From Patescibacteria group bacterium (lineage in GTDB: Bacteria; Patescibacteriota; Microgenomatia; UBA10105; UBA927), in assembly GCA_023379025.1 (NCBI GenBank), contig JAMCTH010000003.1, positions 103,362 through 167,361 of the forward strand: a DNA stretch of 64,000 nt, given 5' to 3'. Shown here piece after piece: positions 56,505-64,000 of the stretch (positions within the stretch are counted from its first letter, which is position 1; the number at the start of each line of letters is the position of its first letter). The position numbers and the translations under genes were made by a program. Below the pieces are notes generated by a model. The model was not told the origin of the DNA and made no database searches. It worked only from the letters and a program-made list of their open reading frames with translations.

Positions 56505-57343
56505 GACATCCCTTTCCTGATGACGGCAATAACCGCAAGAACGATAAGAATGCCAAACACATATTCGCTTCCGGGAATACTTCGGATAATCTCCACGATA
56601 TGCATGACGTTGACCCCCGCCATCTGTTCCGGGGTTTCCGAGGTACCCATCGTGATTCTTCTGGTCAGGGCAAGTACGGAAAACGTAACACCAACCGCGA
56701 TATAGAGAACTCCGGCAATGGCATCGGTGAGCGGGATCGTTTTCCCCGCCAGTGTCAGTTGTTTAGTGCGTATACCGGAGACCTTCGACCAGTTCACCCG
56801 GTCCAGAATAAGCGCGAGGATAACGAGGGGAACAACCATGCCGAACACATACGATGTTCCGGCTAAGCCCGCCCAGAGAAACGTCGGAGAGAGAAAACTC
56901 AATGTCAAAACTCCCGCCAAAACCGGCGTGCAGCAGCTGGACGTAATGCCGGAAAATACCCCCAGGACATAGACTGCCCCGGTACTTCGGTGAGCCGAAA
57001 GATCGATCGTCAGATGAATCATGGGGAGGGTAATTTTCTTCCCTGTGAGCTCCATAACGCCGAGAAGGACCATAAAAAGGCTCCCCACTAGGTATGTTCC
57101 GGTATGAAAACGGGTAAAAAGCTCTCCGACCGCCCGGATACCGAGAGCTGTCGGAACTAATACGGTTGCTATCCCCAGACCGAATACAACGGTCATCGCG
57201 AGAATATGGGCGCGGCTCCGGAAAATATTCGCCAGGTACGAAGGGAGAAGGAACGTAATACAGCAGGGAGCAAACAGAGCAACCATCCCGCCGGCAAACG
57301 CGGTGATAAGCGAAACCCCCTGAATGAAAAAGAGACTGCTCAT
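56501..57343 (-). CDS. ccdA: CcdA/DsbD-type thiol-disulfide electron transporter (membrane)
   Basis: 280 aa, 6-8 TM, with the two conserved Cys pairs (APCC and SSCCTP). Confidence 0.8.
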   Translation of the reverse strand: MSSLFFIQGVSLITAFAGGMVALFAPCCITFLLPSYLANIFRSRAHILAMTVVFGLGIATVLVPTALGIRAVGELFTRFHTGTYLVGSLFMVLLGVMELTGKKITLPMIHLTIDLSAHRSTGAVYVLGVFSGITSSCCTPVLAGVLTLSFLSPTFLWAGLAGTSYVFGMVVPLVILALILDRVNWSKVSGIRTKQLTLAGKTIPLTDAIAGVLYIAVGVTFSVLALTRRITMGTSETPEQMAGVNVMHIVEIIRSIPGSEYVFGILIVLAVIAVIRKGMS

Positions 57344-57360
57344 ATCATGATATCTGCAGG

Positions 57361-57864
57361 TTAACTTTCGACATTTGCCGCAATCGAAACTTCAAGGTCC
57401 GGATTATTCGGATCATTGGTGGAAAACGTGACCTGCCGCGTAATTGGTCCTGAAACCGGCATGACGCTGGGTCGGTATATGACCGTGAGTACCGCGCTTT
57501 GCCCCGCCGGAATCTCACCGATCCAGTTGGTGAGGCTTGATCCCATCATCCCTTTCATGGTAAATTCCGGCGACACCTCGCCTCCTATTTTTACCGTCGC
57601 AAACGTACAGTCGCAGGATGTTCCGACATTCCAGAGGCGGAGGACGGACTTACCCGTATTGGTAATCTGAAAATCGGCATGGCGCTCATCGCTGACTTTC
57701 ATGGTTCCGAGGTCGGCTGATGTTCTGTCGATCCGCATACTTGCGGTTCCGAGTGTTTCACGCTGAGGTGCCGGTTTCTGATTGCCGAAGTAAAGAATTG
57801 CTCCGCTCATAACGATGAGGTTCGCGGCAATCGCACCGATAACAAGTTTCGTATCCGTATTCAT
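57361..57864 (-). CDS. DUF1573-like secreted protein
   Basis: 167 aa. TM anchor, GTMKVSDERHADFQITNTGKSVLRLWNVGTSCDCT is the DUF1573 core. Confidence 0.6.
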   Translation of the reverse strand: MNTDTKLVIGAIAANLIVMSGAILYFGNQKPAPQRETLGTASMRIDRTSADLGTMKVSDERHADFQITNTGKSVLRLWNVGTSCDCTFATVKIGGEVSPEFTMKGMMGSSLTNWIGEIPAGQSAVLTVIYRPSVMPVSGPITRQVTFSTNDPNNPDLEVSIAANVES

Positions 57865-58007
57865 GGTTCCTCCTTCCGTACGCTTATCCGCTGTACCTTT
57901 TTTATTTAAGCTGACCGGATATTAAGATTTCGTGAATAAGGACCCATGGTTCCCGTTGAATAACCTTAATGATTTCTTCATTTTCCTGCGGTATACTATC
58001 CCCGCCT

Positions 58008-58682
58008 ATGCGTATCCTTCTTATAGAAGACGACCGTCGGCTATCTACAGTTATTGTTAAAGGGCTCGTGGAGGATGGGTTTGCCGTGGATACGGCATAC
58101 GACGGGGAAGAAGGTGAATATCTTGCCGGGTCCGAACCCTATGACCTGATCATCCTCGACCTTATGCTCCCGAAAAAAGACGGTATTTCCGTCACGAGAA
58201 ACCTCCGGGAAAAAGGCGTCCGGACGCCCGTACTTATTCTGACCGCACGGTCCGAGATCGGAGACAAGGTGAAGGGATTGGACGCAGGTGCAGATGATTA
58301 TATGGTCAAACCGTTTTCCTTTCTGGAACTCCGCAGCCGCATCCATGCACTCATGAGAAGAGACGGCACGGACCGTTCTCCCGTACTTCGGCTCGATACG
58401 CTTGAGGTCAACCCCTTAGAACACACGGTCCGTCGGACGGGCCGAACCATATCCCTGACACCCAAGGAGTTTGCGGTACTCGAGTTACTGATGCGCCACA
58501 AAGATGAGGCCGTCACGCGCACCATGATTACGGAGCATGTATGGGACTATAATTTTGACAGCTTCAGTAACGTCGTCGATGTTTTTGTCTCCACTCTCCG
58601 GAAAAAAATTGACCGGGGATCCGTAAAAAAACTCATCCATACCGTGCACGGTGTCGGCTATAAGATAGGAACGTCTGCATGA
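58008..58682 (+). CDS. OmpR-family response regulator (second two-component system, metal/redox cluster)
   Basis: About 224 aa from MRILLIEDD. Receiver plus winged-helix domain. Confidence 0.9.
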   Translation: MRILLIEDDRRLSTVIVKGLVEDGFAVDTAYDGEEGEYLAGSEPYDLIILDLMLPKKDGISVTRNLREKGVRTPVLILTARSEIGDKVKGLDAGADDYMVKPFSFLELRSRIHALMRRDGTDRSPVLRLDTLEVNPLEHTVRRTGRTISLTPKEFAVLELLMRHKDEAVTRTMITEHVWDYNFDSFSNVVDVFVSTLRKKIDRGSVKKLIHTVHGVGYKIGTSA

Positions 58683-60109
58683 AAAACCTTGTACCCTCCG
58701 TCCGCACCAAGACCATCCGTTTCCGGCTGCTTTTCTGGTACACGCTGACGTTTACCGTTTCGTCGCTTATCATATTTACGGGATTTTATCTCGTCACCCG
58801 GAATGTCCTCTACGCACGGACGGACGACTTACTCCGTTCACATGCCGGGACTATCACGGGCATCGTGACGGCAGAGCGCATGGATATGCATCAGATGCTG
58901 TCGCGGCAGATACTTTCCGCCCAATTTTCCGAGACGCCGGGCATGCTCATCACCATCATGAACGGAAGCGGCCAGGTAGTAAACGCTTCCCAAGAAACGC
59001 GGTATGCCGATACGCTTTTTGCAGGTCTCTATGCGCGGGCAAAGGATCTGGGCCAAACTTTCTATACAAACGGCATCATCGGTTCTTCCCGGTTTCGTTT
59101 CATCGTAACTCCGGTCAAAAACACCACGGAACTTGAAGGAGTGGTCATCGTGGGACATCCGATAGATGTGATAGAAAACGCGCTCCGGAGCCTTTTCGTC
59201 ATCCTGTCCATACTGTTTCTCCTCCTCATTATCCCGACTACGGCTGTCGGATACCTGATCGCGGGAAATGCCATGCGGCCTATCGCGGATATATCGGAAA
59301 AAATCAGAAATATCGGATCGGATAATCTGACCGAACGCGTACCTGATCCGGACACCGATGACGAAGTGGAAGAACTTGCCGGCTCGTTTAACAGTCTCCT
59401 CGACCGGCTCGGCGATGCATTTGACCGGGAACGGCAGTTTATTTCCGATGTCGCCCATGAACTCAAGACTCCGCTTGCCACGATGCGGAGCCAGATCGAA
59501 GTAACGCTTACCAAACCGCGCACAGTACCGGAATACCGCAGTGCGCTTCATGAAACGCTTATTGACACAAACCGTATGGCGGCAACGCTGAAAAACATCC
59601 TGGATCTGGCACGGTCTTCTGCGGACGAGGAGACGGGAGGAAGATTGTTCGATTTCTCCGGGCTTGTAGCGGAAACCAGGGAGACCGCAGAAAAACTTGC
59701 GCTGTCCAAACATGTCGGGATAGACGTTTCTCAGGAACCGGGACTCTGCGTCTTCGGCAAACGGGAAATGCTAGTCCGGGCAATACTGAACCTGGTCGAT
59801 AACGCGGTAAAATTTACCCCGGAAGGAGGGAACGTTTTCCTCACGCTTCGCCGTCAGAAGAATTACGCCGTTTTTTCCATCCGCGATACCGGGGTCGGTA
59901 TCAAACGGGCGGATCTTCCGCATATTTTTAAACGCTTCTATCGCGGAGGGAAAACATCGAAAACGTTCGGTTCCGGACTGGGACTTGCGATAGCCCGGGC
60001 CGCGGTCACTACTCACCACGGCACCATATCCGTTACGAGCCGGCCCGGAAAAGGATCGGTATTTACCGTACGGCTCCCGCTTTCTGCTCCGTCTTCGAAG
60101 TCTTCATAA
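58679..60109 (+). CDS. Sensor histidine kinase with periplasmic sensor domain and HAMP
   Basis: 476 aa. Two TM helices, H-box VAHELKTPL, N-box NLVDNAVKFT and G-boxes DTGVGI / GSGLGLAI. Start overlaps the response-regulator stop. Confidence 0.88.
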   Translation: MKNLVPSVRTKTIRFRLLFWYTLTFTVSSLIIFTGFYLVTRNVLYARTDDLLRSHAGTITGIVTAERMDMHQMLSRQILSAQFSETPGMLITIMNGSGQVVNASQETRYADTLFAGLYARAKDLGQTFYTNGIIGSSRFRFIVTPVKNTTELEGVVIVGHPIDVIENALRSLFVILSILFLLLIIPTTAVGYLIAGNAMRPIADISEKIRNIGSDNLTERVPDPDTDDEVEELAGSFNSLLDRLGDAFDRERQFISDVAHELKTPLATMRSQIEVTLTKPRTVPEYRSALHETLIDTNRMAATLKNILDLARSSADEETGGRLFDFSGLVAETRETAEKLALSKHVGIDVSQEPGLCVFGKREMLVRAILNLVDNAVKFTPEGGNVFLTLRRQKNYAVFSIRDTGVGIKRADLPHIFKRFYRGGKTSKTFGSGLGLAIARAAVTTHHGTISVTSRPGKGSVFTVRLPLSAPSSKSS

Positions 60110-60139
60110 ATCTTTAATGTTTCCCATGGTAGACTGGAG

Positions 60140-60790
60140 ATGAAGACAAGGAAGTATCTATCCATGAATATCCGCCATTCATTCCCGACAGTTTTGATCC
60201 TTACCGGATTACTTTTCTCGGCAGCCGCGCTGATCCGTCCCGCCCACATCTATGCCCAGGGCATGATGGGAAGTTACTATGACAACGACACGTCTGCTTC
60301 CCGGTCCTCAACCGCCGACCCCGACGGGCAGGAAGGACAAAAACTATACGAAGAGCTCCAAAACAAACAGATCCAATGCCAGAATCTGACGGACGATGAC
60401 TTCGACAAACTCGGAGACTACTTCATGGGGAGGATGATGGGCTCAGCACACGACGCAATGGATCAGGTGATGACTGACAGGCTTGGCGCCGACGGAGAAC
60501 GGGCCATGCACATCGCCATGGGAAAACGCGGCTCAGGCTGTGATACCGCGGCAGACTATCCCGCAAACGGATCGAAGTTTCTCCCGATGCTGGGCGCGCT
60601 CGGAGGGACGAATGGTTCAACCGGACCGGCCGGCATGATGAACGGGTGGTTTGGACCCGGAAACAATGCTTCCTCCGGAAATGGGAATATTTTGAATCAG
60701 ATCATTACAGCGTTGGTTATAGTATTTCTGATTCTTGGTATCGTGTATTTCTGGAAAAGCATACAGAACGGTCATACGAGACGCTCATAA
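60140..60790 (+). CDS. Secreted Met/His/Asp-rich protein with C-terminal TM anchor
   Basis: 216 aa. Signal peptide, GRMMGSAHDAMDQVMTDRLG Met-rich segment, C-terminal TM. Confidence 0.5.
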   Translation: MKTRKYLSMNIRHSFPTVLILTGLLFSAAALIRPAHIYAQGMMGSYYDNDTSASRSSTADPDGQEGQKLYEELQNKQIQCQNLTDDDFDKLGDYFMGRMMGSAHDAMDQVMTDRLGADGERAMHIAMGKRGSGCDTAADYPANGSKFLPMLGALGGTNGSTGPAGMMNGWFGPGNNASSGNGNILNQIITALVIVFLILGIVYFWKSIQNGHTRRS

Positions 60791-60818
60791 CAAGTGCCGC
60801 GCGGAGTATAATAGGGAC

Positions 60819-61205
60819 ATGTTTAACCCCCTTACGGATGAAGAACGGCAGGTAATTGAGGGAAAAGCCACAGAACCGCCATTTTCCGGCGAGTACGATA
60901 ATTTTTACCGGGAAGGGACCTATATCTGCCGGAAATGCAACGCTCCCCTTTTTTCATCACGGGCGAAGTTTGATGCAGGGTGCGGCTGGCCCGCATTTGA
61001 CGAGAACTACCCGGATGCAGTATGCCGTACACCCGATCCGGACGGACGCCGAACCGAAATATCCTGCAAACACTGCGGAGCCCACCTGGGACACGTATTT
61101 GTCGGAGAACGGTTCACCCCGAAAGATACGCGCCACTGCGTCAACTCACTGTCCATCAATTTCATCCCTACCGGATCAATGATTCCGGAGCTCATAACAT
61201 CGTAA
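60819..61205 (+). CDS. msrB: Peptide-methionine (R)-S-oxide reductase MsrB
   Basis: About 128 aa from MFNPLTDEE. CxxC ...CxxC zinc pairs and catalytic RHCVNS. Confidence 0.9.
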   Translation: MFNPLTDEERQVIEGKATEPPFSGEYDNFYREGTYICRKCNAPLFSSRAKFDAGCGWPAFDENYPDAVCRTPDPDGRRTEISCKHCGAHLGHVFVGERFTPKDTRHCVNSLSINFIPTGSMIPELITS

Positions 61206-61210
61206 ATTCC

Positions 61211-61229
61211 GGTAGTGGGTCAATTTGAA
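61211..61229 (+). repeat. Left terminal inverted repeat of the transposon
   Basis: GGTAGTGGGTCAATTTGAA, immediately after the TAAATTCC duplication that includes the msrB stop codon. Confidence 0.75.
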
Positions 61230-61230
61230 A

Positions 61231-61431
61231 TCAATCAACGGAAGGTTTGAGTGAGACAATCATTTCCCGATTGATAACTACCGAATGCTCGGTATGCTTT
61301 TGTTCGAAGGTAACGAAGCGGTTTTGTTCAATTTTCTTCCGGACAGTTAATAAATCATCTTTTACCGTTACGCTGTCTTTTGTAACGAGTTCAATAATAG
61401 TACCCATACATATTACATTATAGCAAAACAA
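61231..61431 (-). CDS. Hypothetical small protein inside the transposon
   Basis: 66 aa ORF. No motif. Confidence 0.25.
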   Translation of the reverse strand: MFCYNVICMGTIIELVTKDSVTVKDDLLTVRKKIEQNRFVTFEQKHTEHSVVINREMIVSLKPSVD

Positions 61432-61992
61432 TAATAGCGATCATTTTCTCATCTCTTTTTTCCAAAATATATAAACTATATACGATAAGCAGCCCACAAC
61501 CACAAGTTCAAATCCAAATAACTTCCATACGATAAGAGAGAGTATAAGTGTAAAATAGAAACTATCTACAAAAGACTCGAAAAACTTTTTCATTAAAATT
61601 GATTATACCACTTTTCCTCGAGGCTAAAATTTGACACTCAAGAAAAATGATGTAGTATACTGGTTTTGTAACCGGAGACGGCTCACCTAATAACTGTTAA
61701 CACCTAGTCAGTGTTAAAATTGCGGGTTATACCGCACTATTACATACCGCTTCAGTCCGTCTTTTGACGGAGGAAGCGGTTTTACTTGTGCAAATACGCA
61801 CACCGCATCTCACCTCCTTTACAGTATGGGTAACTACGTGCCCATAAATCCCCAAAAAATAGGCTGTAGGCCACTTCTGTAAAGACAGTTTTCGGTGAGC
61901 CGCTCCGATGCGGAGTATACCACTTTTTACCAGTACTTTCGAGGCTAAAATGACGTTTTTTGCACGACTTATAAACGGCTTGCTAAATCAAT

Positions 61993-62835
61993 CTAATCTA
62001 CAATTTTTATTATATCCTCAATCTTCCAAATCCTATCGGTTACTCCCGCCGCCATTGCCGGTGTTTTTCCGAACGAACGTTTCAGGTTCAAAGACTTATG
62101 CGCTCGGCAGAAGTTGTAGTACATGAAATGGAGCGCTACGGCGGCTTCTAGGTTCTGTATTTTCTTTGAGAATGCGTTTGTCAGACGGGTGAAACGCCGC
62201 ATACCCATTCTCATCGTGAGATTTTGCCGCTCTACATAACTTGTGGATACTTTCGTCATATCGGGCTTTCCTTGTATGACATGCTTTTCTGAAGCGATAC
62301 ATTCTGACGGGCTGTATCGTGTATCACCTTCTTGTTGCGGCCCGTACAATTTTACCAACGTGCCATAGTCTACTTCAGAACCAAACGCTTCTTCTATGGC
62401 CCAGAGATATGGTCTATGACCATCCGTAGTAATCTGTACCCGATTAGCAAGCCGACTCTTGAGGTCTTGCATAAACTCGTTTGCGCAAACGGCGTCTCGT
62501 CGTCCGATAAGCCAGCTTGGTACGAGTTTCGTATCAGCATCGAGCGCCGTCCATGTCCATACGTCCCCATATCCGAACTCGCCTTTATGTGCTTCCGGTA
62601 CATTTTTGTCTTTGGCATAGCAGAATGACCAGATTTCATCACACTGTATGTGTTTGCATGGGAGGTTACGAAACACTTTGTCCTGATATTCGGCACATGC
62701 TTGGCCAACAGAGGCAAGAAGACGGGTTACAGTCCCTTTCGCTATCCCCGTCATACGGCACGTGGCACGGATTGAGTTACCTTCTACAAGGCATGTAATT
62801 ACTCTTGTTTTCTCCTCAAGGTTTAATGCGTTCAT
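61993..62835 (-). CDS. IS1-family transposase (fused InsA-InsB type)
   Basis: 280 aa. N-terminal HTH VITCLVEGNSIRATCRMTGIAKGTVTRLL (InsA-like), IQCDEIWSF (InsB DE..WS motif), ITTDGHRPY, and C-terminal ERQNLTMRMGMRRFTRLTNAFSKKIQNLEAAVALHFMYYNF resembling IS1 InsB [24 protein letters not shown]...HY. Confidence 0.85.
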   Translation of the reverse strand: MNALNLEEKTRVITCLVEGNSIRATCRMTGIAKGTVTRLLASVGQACAEYQDKVFRNLPCKHIQCDEIWSFCYAKDKNVPEAHKGEFGYGDVWTWTALDADTKLVPSWLIGRRDAVCANEFMQDLKSRLANRVQITTDGHRPYLWAIEEAFGSEVDYGTLVKLYGPQQEGDTRYSPSECIASEKHVIQGKPDMTKVSTSYVERQNLTMRMGMRRFTRLTNAFSKKIQNLEAAVALHFMYYNFCRAHKSLNLKRSFGKTPAMAAGVTDRIWKIEDIIKIVD

Positions 62836-62903
62836 ATGGTCTTATTATACTTGACCGCTCAAGCATTGTCGGGGGGTATTTTCTAATGTGGTACAATGCG
62901 GGT

Positions 62904-63194
62904 ATGGTCGATATTAAAAAACCCACAGACGTTGCGAATGATATTGCTAAAGCGCAAAAAGTCTATGAAAGCTTAGGAGAAGAGTTTGTTAAGGCTAATA
63001 ATGGTAAGTTCATTTCTGTTGAACCAACCTCTGGAGAACATTTTGTAGGTAATACAAGAGAAGAAGCTGTTAAACTCGCAAACGCTAAATATAAGGGAAA
63101 AGTAGTTTTTACTCGAAGAATAGGAACATTAGAAAAAGTTGCCCTTCATTCTTCCCTAACTTTGGGCGGAAACGTATATGCTAGCTTATTTTGA
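62904..63194 (+). CDS. DUF5678-like small protein (cargo)
   Basis: About 96 aa from MVDIKK. NGKFISVEPTSGEHFVGNTREEAVKLA...GKVVFTRRIG resembles the small partner proteins found beside clan AA aspartic protease genes. Confidence 0.45.
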   Translation: MVDIKKPTDVANDIAKAQKVYESLGEEFVKANNGKFISVEPTSGEHFVGNTREEAVKLANAKYKGKVVFTRRIGTLEKVALHSSLTLGGNVYASLF

Positions 63195-63588
63195 CGCCCA
63201 AGATGGAAGTGCAAAGGTAGTCATAAAAATTAGAGCCTCTAAACGAAAGCCAAAGGAAATAATCGCCTTATTAGATACAGGTCATAATGGTAGTTTATCT
63301 TTACCTCTTTGGGATTTAATTGAAATTGGGGCAAAGCTAAAAAGCTTTGAGCCAGTAGGCTTAGCTGATGGAAGAGAAGTAATAATGTACTTCTTTGAAG
63401 TAAAAGTCGAAATGGATGGCGTTGAAAAAGTAGTGTTAGCCAGTATGATAGAAAATCCTAAAATTAAGGAGGCTATTGTCGGGTTAGAATTACTTTCGCC
63501 ATATATTGCCTTTATAGATTTCAAAAATAAGAAGATTGATATTACTACGGAAGCACAACTTAAGAAGGATTTAGTCGCTAAAAAATAA
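63178..63588 (+). CDS. Retropepsin-like (clan AA) aspartic protease (cargo)
   Basis: 136 aa. ALLDTGHNGSLSLP contains the D-T/S-G catalytic motif in the expected N-terminal position of single-domain retropepsin-like proteases. The start overlaps the upstream gene. Confidence 0.6.
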   Translation: MLAYFDAQDGSAKVVIKIRASKRKPKEIIALLDTGHNGSLSLPLWDLIEIGAKLKSFEPVGLADGREVIMYFFEVKVEMDGVEKVVLASMIENPKIKEAIVGLELLSPYIAFIDFKNKKIDITTEAQLKKDLVAKK

Positions 63589-63777
63589 TTATTTACCCCA
63601 ACGCTTTATAGCAGCTTTTTTTGCTATTTCTATTCTTCTTTTTTCAGTTAATTTTGCCGCCCGTGCTTTACCACCAACCAAACCGCCAAGCCTTCCAAGA
63701 GCAACAGCCGCAGGATTTTTCTCATGTGTTGCCTCTCGCACAATTTTTCCAGCGAGTTTGTTTATATCCATGACCAT
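63589..63777 (-). CDS. Small basic Ala/Lys-rich protein, possible DNA-binding (cargo)
   Basis: 62 aa. ALGRLGGLVGGKARAAKLTEKRRIEIAKKAAIKRWGK is a basic helical tail. Confidence 0.35.
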   Translation of the reverse strand: MVMDINKLAGKIVREATHEKNPAAVALGRLGGLVGGKARAAKLTEKRRIEIAKKAAIKRWGK

Positions 63778-63818
63778 AGGGTATCATGAGGATACATGAG
63801 CGGTCAAGAAGCCTAGAG

Positions 63819-63837
63819 TTCAAATTGACCCACTACC
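63819..63837 (-). repeat. Right terminal inverted repeat of the transposon
   Basis: TTCAAATTGACCCACTACC on the plus strand is the exact reverse complement of the left TIR. Followed by TAAATTCC. Confidence 0.75.
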
Positions 63838-64000
63838 TAAATTCCGTATTTCTCGATAAGCACCCGTTTACAGTGATATAATAATCCCGTCAGAAAGCTA
63901 CATTGCCGGATCGTCTAACGGCCTGCCCGCAGTGCTACGCAAGCGTTGCAGGCGGGTAGTATTTATGAAATTTTATTATACGTATGTTCTGAAAAGCTTA

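Larger units (their letters stand above)
61211..63837. mobile_element. IS1-family transposon (2627 bp) with 19 bp perfect terminal inverted repeats, 8 bp target-site duplication and cargo genes
   Basis: Left TIR GGTAGTGGGTCAATTTGAA (61211..61229) and its exact reverse complement at 63819..63837. Both are flanked externally by the direct repeat TAAATTCC (61203..61210 and 63838..63845). The internal single-ORF transposase is IS1-like. The IS1 family makes 8-9 bp duplications. Confidence 0.75.

Noticed and set aside
61440-61990. Additional tRNA or ncRNA in the AT-rich region upstream of the transposase
   Set aside because: I could fold no cloverleaf. The region is better explained as the transposon leader, with its internal repeats listed as a finding.
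1-64000. CRISPR arrays and rRNA genes
   Set aside because: I looked for regularly spaced short direct repeats with unique spacers and for rRNA-like conserved stretches and found none. The only tandem-like repeat (33646..33688) is inside sufC coding sequence.

Overview
This 64 kb window looks like a GC-rich, small-genome bacterium: genes are densely packed on both strands and many are small secreted or membrane proteins. Reading the ORF translations for family signature motifs, I identify the following core genes: serS, an RdgB/Ham1 NTP pyrophosphatase, a class I lysyl-tRNA synthetase, greA, lon, a full SUF Fe-S operon with a 2-oxoacid:ferredoxin oxidoreductase, an envelope-stress two-component system next to htrA, a MacAB-like exporter with a MarR regulator, a cyclophilin, MltG, MshA/BshA-like and PIG-L-like thiol-biosynthesis enzymes, GT2 and GH18 enzymes, an aldehyde dehydrogenase, and a CopA, CcdA, MsrB and second two-component system copper/redox cluster. 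Three things stand out. (1) A roughly 9.8 kb AT-rich island inserted directly 3' of a tRNA-Glu(CUC) gene encodes a seven-gene minus-strand operon: a PLD-nuclease::SNF2-helicase fusion, a KilA-N protein, a 1132 aa Eco57I/PglX/DrmMI-like N6-adenine methyltransferase, and four small unknown proteins. This is a restriction/DISARM-like candidate defense system with a gene complement I cannot match to any described system. (2) A 2.6 kb IS1-family transposon has perfect 19 bp terminal inverted repeats and an 8 bp target duplication, and carries cargo genes (a DUF5678-like protein, a retropepsin-like aspartic protease and a small basic protein). (3) A roughly 130 nt near-identical intergenic element occurs twice, 14.4 kb apart, and is a candidate ncRNA or MITE. 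Other observations are a LysRS-I fused to a B3/B4 editing-like domain, an M23 peptidase with a C-terminal winged helix, a class A beta-lactamase-like protein, a truncated rnhB, a 26 bp perfect palindrome and a low-complexity insert in sufC, and a repeat array in the promoter region of the first two-component system. All calls rest on motif recognition in the translations, not on database searches.
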